From Firmicutes bacterium UBA5389 (lineage in GTDB: Bacteria > Bacillota > DTU025), in the NCBI GenBank assembly GCA_002409965.1, contig DHON01000112.1:555-64554 (forward strand): a stretch of DNA of 64,000 nucleotides, in the 5' to 3' direction. Position 1 is the stretch's first letter. Every line of letters starts with the position of its first letter. Shown here in pieces: positions 31,705 through 42,906 of this stretch. The translations under genes and the position numbers were made by a program. The notes beneath the pieces are model-generated. The model ran no database searches. It was not told where the DNA came from and saw only the letters and a program-made list of their open reading frames with translations.

Positions 31705-33372
31705 CTAGTAGGCCACCGTGGGCTTGTACTCGCCGAATACATCGCGCAAAACGCCGCACATCTCGCCAAGCGTGGCGTATGCCCTCACAGCGTCCAGAAT
31801 GTGCGGCATCAGATTGTCGGACCCCTCCGCCGCTCGCTTGAGCGCCGCAAGACTCGCCTCAACGGTTGCACCGTCCCGCTTTGCCCTCAGTTCCTCCAGT
31901 TTCCTGCACTGCAGGTCTCCCACGGCCGGGTCGACCTTGAGAAGGCCGCTTGGCCGCTCCTCTTCTATTTGGAAATCGTTGAGCCCCACTATTTTTCGCT
32001 GGCCCGACTCTATTTCCATCTGGTAACGGTACGCGCTCTCCTCGATCTCGGCCTGGATGAACCCGCGTTCGATGGCTGCCGGGGCGCCGCCGATCTCGTC
32101 GATCCTCTGGATGTAGTCCGCCGCTTTCTGCTCGATCTCGTCGGTCAGCGCCTCGATATAGTAGGAACCTGCAAGCGGATCGACAGTGTCGGCTACGCCG
32201 CTTTCATACGCGATGATCTGCTGGGTTCTGAGAGCGATGCGCACCGAATCCTGCGATGGAAGCGCCAGCGCCTCATCGCGGGAGTTGGTGTGGAGCGACT
32301 GGGTGCTTCCAAGCACCGCCGCGAGCGCCTGCAAAGTCACCCTGACGATGTTGTTGTCGGGCTGCTGAGCCGTGAGTGTGCACCCTGCAGTCTGGGTGTG
32401 GAACCGAAGTTGCATCGACTTGCGATCCTTGGCCCCGAATCTGTCGCGCATGATCCGTGCCCAAAGTCTCCTGGCCGCCCTGAACTTGGCCACTTCCTCA
32501 AATAAGTCGTTGTGGGCGTTGAAGAAGAACGAGAGCCTGGGTCCGAAATCGTCCACGTCTAGGCCTGCATCGATCGCGGCCTTCACATATGCGATTCCAT
32601 CCGCTAAAGTGAACGCCACCTCCTGAACTGCAGTGGCCCCGGCTTCCCTGATATGGTAGCCGCTGATGCTGATCGTGTTCCACCTCGGCACGTTCTTGGA
32701 GCAGTACTCGAAGATGTTCGTGATCAGCCTCATAGACTGCTTCGGAGGGTATATGTAGGTACCTCGAGCAGCATATTCCTTGAGGATATCGTTCTGAATC
32801 GTGCCGTTGAGCTTGTCGGCGGGCACGCCCTGCTTCTCGGCGACGGCAATGTACATCGCAAGAAGCATTGAAGCGGGCGCGTTGATCGTCATCGACGTGG
32901 AGACCTTGTTCAGGGGTATACCGTCGAATAGAGTCTCCATGTCGGCCAGGGAATCGATGGCCACGCCCACCTTCCCCACTTCGCCTGCGGAGAGCTCATG
33001 ATCGGAATCGTACCCGATCTGCGTGGGCAGGTCGAACGCCACCGACAGACCGGTCTGCCCCTGCTCCAAAAGGTACTTGTAGCGCCTGTTCGATTCCTCC
33101 GCAGTCGCGAATCCTGCATACTGCCTCATGGTCCAGAATCGACCGCGGTACATCGTGGGCTGGACACCGCGGGTGTACGGGTACTCACCCGGAAAGCCGA
33201 GGTCATCGAGGTAATCGATGCGCTCGACGTCGAGAGGCGTGTACAGCGGTTTGACCTCTATCCCAGAGCTGCCCTCAAACCTCTCTCTGCGCTCAGGGAA
33301 TCTGGCGCAAGCCTTCCCATACGTGCCGCTCTTCCAGCGACCATACTCGCCCTTGAGATCCCCCTGGTTCAA
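31705..33372 (-). CDS. Methylmalonyl-CoA mutase large (substrate-binding) subunit
   Basis: [17 protein letters not shown] (Tyr), [13 protein letters not shown] (Arg), [11 protein letters not shown]; Tyr/Arg pair typical of methylmalonyl-CoA specificity. Confidence 0.94.
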   Translation of the reverse strand: MNQGDLKGEYGRWKSGTYGKACARFPERRERFEGSSGIEVKPLYTPLDVERIDYLDDLGFPGEYPYTRGVQPTMYRGRFWTMRQYAGFATAEESNRRYKYLLEQGQTGLSVAFDLPTQIGYDSDHELSAGEVGKVGVAIDSLADMETLFDGIPLNKVSTSMTINAPASMLLAMYIAVAEKQGVPADKLNGTIQNDILKEYAARGTYIYPPKQSMRLITNIFEYCSKNVPRWNTISISGYHIREAGATAVQEVAFTLADGIAYVKAAIDAGLDVDDFGPRLSFFFNAHNDLFEEVAKFRAARRLWARIMRDRFGAKDRKSMQLRFHTQTAGCTLTAQQPDNNIVRVTLQALAAVLGSTQSLHTNSRDEALALPSQDSVRIALRTQQIIAYESGVADTVDPLAGSYYIEALTDEIEQKAADYIQRIDEIGGAPAAIERGFIQAEIEESAYRYQMEIESGQRKIVGLNDFQIEEERPSGLLKVDPAVGDLQCRKLEELRAKRDGATVEASLAALKRAAEGSDNLMPHILDAVRAYATLGEMCGVLRDVFGEYKPTVAY

Positions 33373-33486
33373 TGTAGTAATCCCTCCAAATGCAAACGAT
33401 CCTGTGCAATATTCAACACAAACCCGAAATTACCTCTTGTCCACCCTGTGACCGGCTCATCCCTCCTCACCCTTGTGCGCGGCGAT

Positions 33487-35685
33487 TCAATCAAACCGCC
33501 TTAGCCTGAGCGAGTTCGACACCACCGATACAGAACTCGCGGCCATGGCTGCGCCGGCGTATACCGGCGGCATCACGCCGAGGGCGGCCAATGGAATGCC
33601 GATGGCATTGTAGATGAACGCCCAGAAAAGGTTCTGCTTGATGATCCCGAGCGTGGCTCTTGACAGCCTGATCGCGCTGGGCAGTCTCTGCAATCCCCCC
33701 ACTATAGTTATGTCCGCGGCCTCCATCGCGATGTCTGTACCCGTGCTCATGGCGATCCCCACGTCCGCAGTAGCCAGAGCGGGGGCATCGTTGATGCCGT
33801 CTCCTACCATGGCAACGGCCAGGCCGCGGCGCTTCAGCAGCGCTACATGGTCGGCCTTGGCATTGGGCAGTACCTCGGCCATTACATGATCATCGGGCAC
33901 TCCCACCTGGCGCGCGATAGCCGCTGCAGTGCGAGGATTGTCGCCGGTGATCATGTACACCTCGAGCCCCAGTCCGAACAGGTCGGCGACAACCCCGGCG
34001 GATTCCGGGCGGAGTTGATCGGCAATCCCGTACACAGCTGCAATGGCGCCGTCCACCGCCTGGGCAACGGCAGTCTCTCCCCGCTCCTCCATGCGTTCAA
34101 GGGAGCTCACGGCGCTTGCCCCAAGGCTAACCCCGAGTTCCGACATGAAACTGAGCGTTCCCACGGCCACCTGATGACCGTCTACCTGCGCCAACACTCC
34201 CCGACCGGGCACACTGCGGAAGTCCGTCGGCATGGGCACATCCAGCCTCTGTCGAACGGCCTCCTCCACGATCGCCTTGCCCAGTGGGTGCTCCGATCCC
34301 CATTCGGCAGCTGCAGCCAACCTCAGAGCTTCCCTGGGCCCCAACGACAGAACAGCCCTGTAGCCCACCACTGAAGGCATTCCCCGGGTCAGTGTACCCG
34401 TCTTGTCGAGAATCACTGCGTCGACCCGGCTCAGCCTCTCCAGGTGTTCCCCGCCGCGTATGAGCACTCCAAGTTCAGCCCCGCGCCCCGTGGCGACCAT
34501 TATCCCCGTGGGTGTAGCCAGCCCAAGCGCACACGGGCATGCAACCACTAGAACGGAAGCGGCATTCACCAGAGCCTGTGCGACGCCTGCGCCCGCCAGG
34601 CGCCAACCCACGAAAGCAGCCACTGCAATAGCCAGAACTGCCGGGACGAAGTATGAAGCTGCAACATCCGCTAGCCGCTGTATCGGGGCCTTGCTGCCCT
34701 GGGCCTGCTCGACCAAGCGTACTATGTGCGCCAGCGCAGTGTCGGCCCCCACGCGCGTGGCTTGCACCTTGAACATGCCCTGCTGGTTCACTGTTCCCCC
34801 GGCGACCATATCTCCGGGTTCCTTGTCGACAGGGATACTCTCGCCAGTGAGCATAGACTCGTCTATGGATGTGTGGCCCTCGATGATCTCTCCGTCAACG
34901 GGCACGCGCTCGCCGGGCCTGACGACCACCACTTCGCCGGGGGCGACATCCTCGACCGGCACCGCCGCCTCGCTCTCTCCCCGCATAACCGTGGCTGTGC
35001 GCGGGGTCAGCGATGCCAGCTTGCGTATGGCCTCGCTCGCTCTTCCCTTTGCGCCGCGCTCAAGGTTCTTCCCCAGCAGCACCAGGGTGATCACCACTGC
35101 AGCCGCCTCGTAGTGGACCGCGCCTTCCGCAAAGAACGTGTTGACCACGCTCAAAGCGTAGGCAGTGCCAGTGCCCAGAGCCACAAGCACATCCATATTC
35201 GCCCCGCCGTGCGTCAAGGTCCGATAGGCACTGACGTAGAAGCGCGAACCCGGTAACAGCACAACCGGGGTGGCCAGCACAAACCCGATCACAGGGTTCA
35301 TCAGGAACATGAGCGAATGAACTCCGGCGAGCTCCGCCACCATGCCGATGACCATCGGAAGACTGAGAGCCGCGCTCAGGTAGAACATGCTCCAATCTCT
35401 AGTCATGACGGCCTGCCGCATGGCCTCGTCCTCGCGCCGATCCTCCTCGCCCCGGTCGCGGACAAGCTCTTGCGCGCCGTACCCAGCATCCTCCACGATT
35501 CTCCGAATCTGGCCGATGTCGATAACGTCGGGGTCATACAGCACCCGAGCGGTCCCCGATGCCAAGTTTACATTGGCGTCCATAATCCCGGGTTCCTTCT
35601 TGAGCGCGCGCTCGACGCGCGCGGAGCACGCCGCGCACGACATCCCAGCCACCGCCAGGTCCACTGAATGCGTCTCATCTGTCAT
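33487..35685 (-). CDS. copA: Copper-translocating P1B-1 ATPase
   Basis: GMSCAAC HMA domain, [17 protein letters not shown] and MAASS Cu(I) motifs; true start ATG 35685 after GGAGGTGA. Confidence 0.94.
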   Translation of the reverse strand: MTDETHSVDLAVAGMSCAACSARVERALKKEPGIMDANVNLASGTARVLYDPDVIDIGQIRRIVEDAGYGAQELVRDRGEEDRREDEAMRQAVMTRDWSMFYLSAALSLPMVIGMVAELAGVHSLMFLMNPVIGFVLATPVVLLPGSRFYVSAYRTLTHGGANMDVLVALGTGTAYALSVVNTFFAEGAVHYEAAAVVITLVLLGKNLERGAKGRASEAIRKLASLTPRTATVMRGESEAAVPVEDVAPGEVVVVRPGERVPVDGEIIEGHTSIDESMLTGESIPVDKEPGDMVAGGTVNQQGMFKVQATRVGADTALAHIVRLVEQAQGSKAPIQRLADVAASYFVPAVLAIAVAAFVGWRLAGAGVAQALVNAASVLVVACPCALGLATPTGIMVATGRGAELGVLIRGGEHLERLSRVDAVILDKTGTLTRGMPSVVGYRAVLSLGPREALRLAAAAEWGSEHPLGKAIVEEAVRQRLDVPMPTDFRSVPGRGVLAQVDGHQVAVGTLSFMSELGVSLGASAVSSLERMEERGETAVAQAVDGAIAAVYGIADQLRPESAGVVADLFGLGLEVYMITGDNPRTAAAIARQVGVPDDHVMAEVLPNAKADHVALLKRRGLAVAMVGDGINDAPALATADVGIAMSTGTDIAMEAADITIVGGLQRLPSAIRLSRATLGIIKQNLFWAFIYNAIGIPLAALGVMPPVYAGAAMAASSVSVVSNSLRLRRFD

Positions 35686-35883
35686 GGGGGTCACCTCCAA
35701 GGCACTCGTCAGCTGCTGCGAATGCCCAGCGTGTAGCTGGGCATGGCGAAGTAGTTGGTCCGACTCGCGCCTCCGCCAAGAGCGGCAGAGCACGGAAGTG
35801 CCTGCGGCACGAGAACTTGACGGGGACGTCAGCAATATACTGCCATTGAACACGCGAGAACCCACACAACGAGGTGATACCAC

Positions 35884-36504
35884 GTGCTGCCTTCTAACGA
35901 ATTCCTCAGCATGGTGCAGGACGCCTACGGAGACGAGATCGAAGGCGTCAACTCCTACAGCAGGATCGCCCAGGTAGCTCCCACAGAATGCCTGAAACGG
36001 GCGATCCTCGAAATCTGCGGCGACGAGTTGCGGCACGCGTCTTTCTTCGGAACCGTTCTCTGCTGTCTGCCGGTGGAGGCGGTCCAGCCAACTCCGACGC
36101 CGATGCCAGCGCCAATCCCGATGCCTTGTCCGATGCCTCCGCCTGACACGATGTGGCCGCCTGCTCAGCCTGCCCCGGTAGCGCCATGTCCGATGCCATG
36201 GCCGACGCCATGTCCGGGATCGGCAATGCCTGTGCCCACCCAGTACCCCACTCCGATGCCCGCGCCATGTCCGATGCCATGGCCGACGCCGATGCCTTGT
36301 CCTATGCCGTGTCCGATGCCTGCGCCAGTGATGCCGGCCCCGTGTCCGCCCTACTACCCGTATCCGCAGCCTCCGTGCCCTACGATGCCAGGACCGTGCC
36401 CAATGCCGCAAGTACCCGAGTTCCCTGAACCTCCGCCCGCGCCTGCGCCTCATCCGCCCGGCGGACCGTGCCTAGGATGCATACCCTCGCGAACTGAGGA
36501 CTGA
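35884..36504 (+). CDS. Short ferritin-like (E..ExxH) domain fused to a Pro/Met/Cys-rich repeat tail
   Basis: [43 protein letters not shown] repeats. Confidence 0.75.
   Translation: MLPSNEFLSMVQDAYGDEIEGVNSYSRIAQVAPTECLKRAILEICGDELRHASFFGTVLCCLPVEAVQPTPTPMPAPIPMPCPMPPPDTMWPPAQPAPVAPCPMPWPTPCPGSAMPVPTQYPTPMPAPCPMPWPTPMPCPMPCPMPAPVMPAPCPPYYPYPQPPCPTMPGPCPMPQVPEFPEPPPAPAPHPPGGPCLGCIPSRTED
36181..36290 (+). repeat. Intragenic 29-bp exact direct repeat within the degenerate Pro/Met/Cys repeat
   Basis: GCGCCATGTCCGATGCCATGGCCGACGCC at 36181-36209 and 36262-36290. Confidence 0.85.
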
Positions 36505-36614
36505 CCGTGCACTGACCCGGGCAAGAGCATGATCGCCCCAGTGCCGAGTCCTCCGGACACTCGAACCGTGGTCGTCTCTCGTCAGGCGCAACCACGGTTC
36601 AGTCTTTTCCAACA

Positions 36615-37223
36615 TTACTCGGTGTCCAGCGCGAACAGGCGTAGCCGGCCCTCGGCAACCCAAGTGCCCACCCAAAGCCCGATACCGGCCCCGGCCACAA
36701 CATCAGAAGGCCAGTGTACGCCGAGTTCAACCCGGCTCAGGCCTACGGCGACCGCAAGCCCGTAGAGTATGGGAGACCAGTCGGGATATCTGTGCGACAA
36801 CACGGTAGCCATGGCGAACGCATTGGCGGTGTGGCCCGACGGCATCGAATGGTAATCGGGCGAAAGATTCGGACCGGTGAACCGCCCGTTCTCGCCGGGC
36901 ACATACGGCCGGGCGCGACCGAAGCCTATCTTGAGCGCCTCCACAACCCCCGCGGCGCCGGCGGTGGCATTGACCAGCATCTCCCCTACAGGCGGGTCGT
37001 ATGCCAGGAATGCCGCGCCGAGCGCGAACGACGCGCCGGCGCCGCCGAGATGGGTTATCACCCGGGCTATACTTGTCCAGCCCGACTCCGGCATCGACCC
37101 TCCTGCCGCCGGCGCAACCGCCGGCCCGGCCACCTGAGCTAAAGGCACGGCGGCAGCCGCCGGAGCCCTGCAAGAAATGCCGACCATAAGCGCAGCCACA
37201 GCCAGAGCAATTGCTTTGCTCAT
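36615..37223 (-). CDS. PAP2-family phosphatase
   Basis: K..GRARP, SMPSGH, SRVELGVHWPSDV. Confidence 0.92.
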   Translation of the reverse strand: MSKAIALAVAALMVGISCRAPAAAAVPLAQVAGPAVAPAAGGSMPESGWTSIARVITHLGGAGASFALGAAFLAYDPPVGEMLVNATAGAAGVVEALKIGFGRARPYVPGENGRFTGPNLSPDYHSMPSGHTANAFAMATVLSHRYPDWSPILYGLAVAVGLSRVELGVHWPSDVVAGAGIGLWVGTWVAEGRLRLFALDTE

Positions 37224-38041
37224 CGGTCAGACACCTCTTCCGTCGATCCTGCCGTTTCTGCCGAACCATATCCTATGGACACGTCGGCCGATGTGACCCT
37301 GACAGACTCGCCGGAGTCCTTCAACACCACCAGACCACCTTCCTCATCCAGACGCACCGCCACCGCCTCGAACTGGCCCGACATGGCCTTCACCGTTATC
37401 CGACGGCCAATTGTGGCCCGCATAAGCCGCTCGGCCTCGTCCCTGAGCGATGCAGCGCCCACGGCCCCTTGATCGAGCAACGCGCGGCGATCCGCCAGCT
37501 CATCGAGGACCGCTTCCAGCAGCCGCTCGCGATCAGCCGCCGCTTCCGCCGCCGGCCCTGTCAGATGCTCGGCTAGCGCGGTGGCCACCGGCTCCAGTTC
37601 AGGCGGAAACCCGCCTTCAGGAAGATGAAGATTGATCCCCACTCCGACCACGGCCCACTCGAGGCCGCCGTCCGCAGTTGACGCTTCTGCGAGCACGCCG
37701 CAGACCTTACGTCCGTCTATCAGCACATCGTTGGGCCACTTGAGATCCGCGCGCACGCCGGTGAGCTTGTCTATGGCACAAGCAACGGCAACGGCCGCCC
37801 CGATCCCCAGAAGGCCGGCGAGATTCGGCTCGAACTCGGGCCTGAACACTACCGAAAACCACAGCCCGAACTCCCCGCTCGACAGCCAGGATCTTCCCAT
37901 TCGTCCACGGCCCGCCGTCTGTCGCCTGGCAACAATCACAGTGCCATCGCCTGCTCCGCCTTCTGCGAGCGCCCTCGCCATGCGGTTTGTGGAATCGGTC
38001 TGTTCCACCTGCATGATGCTAAAACTCGGCTTCACTCTCAT
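37220..38041 (-). CDS. birA: Biotin--protein ligase (no N-terminal HTH)
   Basis: DSTN, QTAGRGRMGRSW, KWPNDV, KVCGVL, GVGIN. Confidence 0.94.
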   Translation of the reverse strand: MRVKPSFSIMQVEQTDSTNRMARALAEGGAGDGTVIVARRQTAGRGRMGRSWLSSGEFGLWFSVVFRPEFEPNLAGLLGIGAAVAVACAIDKLTGVRADLKWPNDVLIDGRKVCGVLAEASTADGGLEWAVVGVGINLHLPEGGFPPELEPVATALAEHLTGPAAEAAADRERLLEAVLDELADRRALLDQGAVGAASLRDEAERLMRATIGRRITVKAMSGQFEAVAVRLDEEGGLVVLKDSGESVRVTSADVSIGYGSAETAGSTEEVSDR

Positions 38042-38444
38042 CTACGCCATCTCCGGATCTGGATCCCGATTGCCCACCCGCAGGCGCGCCGCGGCTGATC
38101 TCGCACTCGACATAGTCGGCGAGCCCTCCCAAAGGCGCGTGGGGCTTGCGCACCCGCACCGTCACCCGGCTCACAGGGTGAATCGCCAACACCTCATCGC
38201 TAATGGCGGCGGCGAGCGCCTCGATGAGGTCGAACTCGCGCTCTTCCACGATCTCCTTGACCAGCGCGTACACATCCGCGTAGTTCACCGTCATGTCGAT
38301 GTCGTCGGCGCGCGCCGAAGCCTGGAAGTCGCCGTACATGTCGACGTCCACCTCGAACCTCTGCCCCAGTTCCTTCTCAGCGGCAAACACACCGTGGTAG
38401 GCATAGAACACCAGGTTCTTGAGTGTGATCCTGTCAGCCTGCAT
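38019..38444 (-). CDS. folB: Dihydroneopterin aldolase
   Basis: FYAYHGV..EKELGQRF, TVNYA, LIEALA, VRKPHAP. Confidence 0.95.
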   Translation of the reverse strand: MQADRITLKNLVFYAYHGVFAAEKELGQRFEVDVDMYGDFQASARADDIDMTVNYADVYALVKEIVEEREFDLIEALAAAISDEVLAIHPVSRVTVRVRKPHAPLGGLADYVECEISRGAPAGGQSGSRSGDGVDESEAEF

Positions 38445-39687
38445 TGCCGTCCTCCTCTCCGCGCCATCCTCTGATGACAGCGTCCGTCATCCGGGCAACC
38501 ATCGCCATCTCGCCCACATCATGAACTCTCACCACGTCAGCGCCGGAGGAAATCGCCAGCGCAACGGTTGCCGCCGTGCCCCATACCCTGTCGTGCACTG
38601 GTCTACCCAGAACCCGTCCGATGGTGGACTTGCGCGATGTCCCCACCAGGATCGGCCTGCCCAGGCTCTTGAATTCACGAAGACGCCTCATGATCTCCAG
38701 GTTGTGCTGCGGCGTCTTACCAAAGCCTATTCCAGGGTCGACGATAGTGTTACACAGCCCGATCCCCCGCTCACACGCGTATGCCACACGCTCCCTGAGG
38801 AACTCGGACACATCGTGAACCACCTCGTCATATGTGGGGTTTGCCTGCATATCAGTGGGGCGCCCGATCATGTGCATCAGCACCACCGGGGCGCCGTATT
38901 GCAGCGCGACAGACGCCATGTCGCCCTCCCCGCGGAGGGCCGTTATGTCATTGATGATGTGCGCGCCCAGGTCCAGACATCTCTGCGCTACACTTGCCCT
39001 GTATGTATCTATGGATATGATAGCATTGGTGTGGCCGGCGACAAGACGCACGATGGGGAGCACGCGTGCAAGCTCCTCTTCCTCCGACACTGCGCCGGCG
39101 CCCGGCCTGGTCGACTCGCCCCCGATGTCGATGATGTCGGCGCCCGCCTCCAGCATAGCCTCAGCGTGCTTCAGCGCGGCATCGGGTGAGAGATGCTCCC
39201 CGCCGTTGGAAAAGGAATCCGGAGTCGCGTTCAGGATTCCCATGACGTACGTTCGCTCCCCGAACCGGAATGTCCTCTCCCCCACACACATCGGCTCCGG
39301 TTTTCCATCGAACGCCGCCAACGCGGCATCGATCTCCCTCGCGATCCCAGGCAGGCCGAACGGTTGGAGCCTGAGCGTTTCGGTGAGCCGCCCGAACTGC
39401 CTGAGCGTGCCGGTGAGAAGCACGTCGGACCGCTCCTCACACAGCCCGGCGGCGGCGTAGGGCAGTGCCGCCTCGCCGCCCTTAGCCAGCATCTCCTGTT
39501 TGATGATGAGAGCCGCCCTGATCGGCGCCTCGTGCAGACGGACAGCGCGGAACACCCCCTTAGGCGCCATGATGTCAGTCCCGGCCCGGCTTACCCCCAT
39601 GGAGCGCAGCTGAGCTCGCATAGCGTCTTCCGAGTCGAGCACCATTACTCGTGCCCCAGTGCTGCCTGCATCGTCCATTCGGTCCAT
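38434..39687 (-). CDS. folP: Dihydropteroate synthase with N-terminal extension
   Basis: MGILNATPDSFS, DIGGESTRPG, DPGIGFGK, GTSRKS, RVHDV. Confidence 0.95.
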   Translation of the reverse strand: MDRMDDAGSTGARVMVLDSEDAMRAQLRSMGVSRAGTDIMAPKGVFRAVRLHEAPIRAALIIKQEMLAKGGEAALPYAAAGLCEERSDVLLTGTLRQFGRLTETLRLQPFGLPGIAREIDAALAAFDGKPEPMCVGERTFRFGERTYVMGILNATPDSFSNGGEHLSPDAALKHAEAMLEAGADIIDIGGESTRPGAGAVSEEEELARVLPIVRLVAGHTNAIISIDTYRASVAQRCLDLGAHIINDITALRGEGDMASVALQYGAPVVLMHMIGRPTDMQANPTYDEVVHDVSEFLRERVAYACERGIGLCNTIVDPGIGFGKTPQHNLEIMRRLREFKSLGRPILVGTSRKSTIGRVLGRPVHDRVWGTAATVALAISSGADVVRVHDVGEMAMVARMTDAVIRGWRGEEDGNAG

Positions 39688-39714
39688 TCACACGATCCCC
39701 TCTGATAGTATTGC

Positions 39715-40347
39715 TCACCCGCCGATTCTCTCAGCCGTCGCGCGCCGAGCGCGCTGCCTGAGTTCATCTCGTTCCCGGGCGAAACGGTCAATCTCCGATT
39801 TCATCTCCGCTACGAACTCCGGATCCCGTATTGATGCCAGGTTGATCTGCATGTTGAGAATCGCCCCGCCCATGGCCGTATCCAAAAGCAGCGCGCCCAC
39901 GCCTGCATCGCTAGCGGCATTCTCATTGCCCAGCTGCGCCATGCACGCTGCCATCTGCATCCCCTCGGCGGCCAAGTGCAACGTGCGGCGGGGAACGCTC
40001 ACCGCGCCCTTCAGCGCGAGCTGAACAGCCTCCCGCCTAGCCCGCTTCTCCTCGTCAGTCTTCTTGGGCAGCTTGAAGGCCTTCATCACCTCGTTGAACG
40101 CGGCCGTGTCGTCGTCGGCGCACTCCAAGAGAGCCTGTATGAGCCCTTTCGACCTCTGACTGACCTGGTCCGCCCTGGACGCATCATCCACCGACATCTC
40201 GCTGGTATCTGTCAGACCAGCGACCATAGCGGCAAGGCCCACACCCATCGCGCCCGCAATCGCCGAAGCACTCCCACCGCCCGGAGCCGGGCTCGAAGAC
40301 GCGAGTTCGTCTATGAAGCCACGAACGGTCATGTCCGCGAATGACAT
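39715..40347 (-). CDS. Formiminotetrahydrofolate cyclodeaminase (cyclodeaminase/cyclohydrolase family)
   Basis: LASSSPAPGGGSA, DDTAAF, GNENAASDAGVG, INL; start ATG 40347 after GGAGGAGG. Confidence 0.9.
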   Translation of the reverse strand: MSFADMTVRGFIDELASSSPAPGGGSASAIAGAMGVGLAAMVAGLTDTSEMSVDDASRADQVSQRSKGLIQALLECADDDTAAFNEVMKAFKLPKKTDEEKRARREAVQLALKGAVSVPRRTLHLAAEGMQMAACMAQLGNENAASDAGVGALLLDTAMGGAILNMQINLASIRDPEFVAEMKSEIDRFARERDELRQRARRATAERIGG

Positions 40348-41711
40348 AATCGACCTCCTCCTCCTGCGCTCGTAACCACGTGCGCTCCGCGCTTCACCAC
40401 GTCCCTGACGGGGTTGACCCCCACCGAGAACGGAAGGGCATCCACCGCCGGCACATCGCACACGATGAAGTCGGCATCGCGCCCGACTTCAATAGACCCT
40501 GCGCGGTCGCCTCGTCCAACCGCGTAAGCCGCGTTCACAGTAGCCGCGCACACAGCCTCGGCAGGCGTCATCTTCATCTGCAGACAGGCCAGGGTGATGA
40601 CGAAAGGCATGGACATGGTGGGAGACGTTCCCGGGTTGAAGTCAGTGGCCAGAGCCACCGGGACCCCCGCGTCTATCATGCCTCTGGCATCCGCATACGC
40701 TCTGGACATGAGAGTGAACATCGTCGCCGGAAGCAGCACCGCCGCCACCCCCGCACGGGCCAGGCTGTGAATACCTTCTTGCGACGCCGCGGCCAGATGG
40801 TCGGCGGATACGGCTCCCAATTTGGCAGCCAACTCAGCTCCGCCGATGGGGAAGATCTCATCCGCGTGAATCTTGGGACGGAGACCATGTTCCATCCCTG
40901 CCAGGAGCACCCTTCTGGACTGCTCTACGGAAAAGACACCCTCCTCGCAGAAGACATCGCAGAACTCGGCGATCCCCTGCTCCCTCACTGCAGGCAGCGC
41001 ATGCGATATCATGACATCCAGGTACCCATCAGGATCGCCCGCGAACTCGGGCGGCACTGCATGCGCCCCCATGAACGTGCTCACCACGTCAATCGGATGC
41101 GCCTCCGATGCGCGTCTTGCAGCCTCAAGCTGCCCAAGTTCAGTATCGACATCCAACCCGTAGCCGCTCTTGGCCTCGACAGTAGTGGCGCCGTGAAGCA
41201 GCATCGTATCCAGGCGCTTCATCGCGCCCTCCACCAACTCCGACAGGGACGCAGACCGGGTCGATGCCAATGTCGACAGTATGCCGCCTCCGGCGGCCAG
41301 GATGTCCAGGTACTTGGCCCCGCCGAGGCGCATCGCATGCTCTCTGTACCTCTCCCCCGCAAAGACCAGGTGGGTATGGGCATCGACAAATCCCGGCAGC
41401 ACCGTGCGGCCAGATGCGTCTATGACATGGGCCGCTCGCGGGGCGCCCGATGCATCGCCTGAAGGCTCCCGCGACAGCACCTCCTGTGTAGTTCCAACAT
41501 CGACTATGACTCCGGACCGCACGGCGATAGCGCCGTCCCGAATGATCCCTACGTCGCCCATAGCCGCGCCGCGCCTCGGCCCGTCTCCATTTGCGTCCAG
41601 GCATCCGTCGCCCCTGGCAGGCCTTGCGCAAGTGGCCAGCTCAGCGGCGTGAATCAGCAGCAAGTCCGATGGTTGCTCCCTCATGCGTCCGGCTTCAGCG
41701 CCCAAAACCAT
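40329..41711 (-). CDS. hutI: Imidazolonepropionase
   Basis: PGFVDAHTH, GGGILST, KSGYGL, DVFCEEGVF, HADE, TDFNPG; start may be 41684. Confidence 0.95.
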   Translation of the reverse strand: MVLGAEAGRMREQPSDLLLIHAAELATCARPARGDGCLDANGDGPRRGAAMGDVGIIRDGAIAVRSGVIVDVGTTQEVLSREPSGDASGAPRAAHVIDASGRTVLPGFVDAHTHLVFAGERYREHAMRLGGAKYLDILAAGGGILSTLASTRSASLSELVEGAMKRLDTMLLHGATTVEAKSGYGLDVDTELGQLEAARRASEAHPIDVVSTFMGAHAVPPEFAGDPDGYLDVMISHALPAVREQGIAEFCDVFCEEGVFSVEQSRRVLLAGMEHGLRPKIHADEIFPIGGAELAAKLGAVSADHLAAASQEGIHSLARAGVAAVLLPATMFTLMSRAYADARGMIDAGVPVALATDFNPGTSPTMSMPFVITLACLQMKMTPAEAVCAATVNAAYAVGRGDRAGSIEVGRDADFIVCDVPAVDALPFSVGVNPVRDVVKRGAHVVTSAGGGGRLCHSRT

Positions 41712-41730
41712 CCCCCCCGCCCCGCCGCCC

Positions 41731-42642
41731 CTAATCCCATATCCGCGCCTCGATCACCTGGTTCCTGCCTAGCTTGGGCAGTTGCAGGTAGTAGGCGGCC
41801 GTATCCAGCACGGCATCGAGCGGAATCAGCCCGATCAGCTCCGTTTCAGCCACCGGGACTCCGTATCGCGCAGCCTCGCGTCGAACCATCTCCAGCACAC
41901 GGTGGACCGGTGTTTTCACGTAGTTGACCAGGTTCATCGAAACCTGCGCGACATGCTTGTCGTCAAGCATGACGCCGAGAGCCTTCACGTTCGCCAGTCC
42001 TCCGCTGGAACCGCGCACCGCCTTGGCGATCTTCTTGGCGATTTCCACATCTGATGTGCCCAGGTTGACGTTGAACGCAATCAGCGGCATTCGCGCGCCG
42101 ATCACCGTAGCGCCGGCAGTCGGGTGCACCGCCGCCGGCCCGTAGTCCGGAGCGCGTTCAGGCGTGCCTATCGCCGCCTTCAGTCCCTCGTACTCCCCGC
42201 GCCTCACATCGGCCAGGTTCCGCCTGTCGGGCCGCATCGCAGCCTCCTCGTACATGTACACAGGTATCTGAAGCTCCTCGCCAACGCGCCTGCCCAAGCG
42301 GCGCGCGATCTCAACACACTCCTCCGTGGTCACACCGGCGATCGGGACAAATGGGACCACGTCCGTGGCTCCCAGTCGCGGATGCTCCCCGTGGTGCTGC
42401 TCCATGTCGATCAAGTCGCGCGCCCGCTCGATTCCCGCAAACGCCGCCGCCTCCACATCTTCCGGCGTTCCAACAAAGGTAACGACAGAACGGTTATGAC
42501 TTGCATCAGACGAAAAATCAAGCAGCTTCACACCTTGAACGGACGTGATCGCCGCAACTATCTCCGCCACAACCTGCGACCGCCGGCCCTCCGAGAAATT
42601 CGGCACACACTCAACAATCCGCTGAGCCTGCCCAGAATCCAC
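41731..42642 (-). CDS. ftcD: Glutamate formimidoyltransferase
   Basis: VECVPNFSEGR, HNRSV, HHGEHPRLGA, LIAFNVNL, QVSMNL. Confidence 0.95.
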   Translation of the reverse strand: MDSGQAQRIVECVPNFSEGRRSQVVAEIVAAITSVQGVKLLDFSSDASHNRSVVTFVGTPEDVEAAAFAGIERARDLIDMEQHHGEHPRLGATDVVPFVPIAGVTTEECVEIARRLGRRVGEELQIPVYMYEEAAMRPDRRNLADVRRGEYEGLKAAIGTPERAPDYGPAAVHPTAGATVIGARMPLIAFNVNLGTSDVEIAKKIAKAVRGSSGGLANVKALGVMLDDKHVAQVSMNLVNYVKTPVHRVLEMVRREAARYGVPVAETELIGLIPLDAVLDTAAYYLQLPKLGRNQVIEARIWD

Positions 42643-42827
42643 TAGCCATCACCCCCAACACATAACAGCCTGCATCACGCCGGATTAGCCTTTCTCCGCC
42701 GCCGCCGCAAATCCTCCTGCCTCCCTCTATGAGGGAGGTCGAGGCAGAAAAGCGAGTGGCTGCATGCCCAGGCGCATGGCAACACGCGGTTTCAGGAAGC
42801 AGGAAGGCGGAGACAAGCTCGCTGAAG

Positions 42828-42885
42828 TTGCGCCGGGGCATTCTGAGGGGCTATAATGGGATGATAATTGAAAGTGGTTTTCATT
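42828..42885 (+). promoter_or_regulatory. Sigma-A promoter followed by a Fur-box-like palindrome
   Basis: TTGCGC-18 bp-TATAAT (42828-42857), then AATTGAAAGTGGTTTTCATT (42866-42885). Confidence 0.65.
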
Positions 42886-42906
42886 TGCTATCAGGGAGGC
42901 AACCAC

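Noticed and set aside
36090..36420. Repeats considered as a possible CRISPR or other non-coding array
   Set aside because: The units are in-frame codon repeats without unique spacers, and no cas genes are present
35686..36453. Arg/His/Trp-rich 256-aa N-terminal extension of CopA in the ORF track
   Set aside because: It is the antisense reading of the Pro-rich gene; copA has its own GGAGGTGA RBS at ATG 35685
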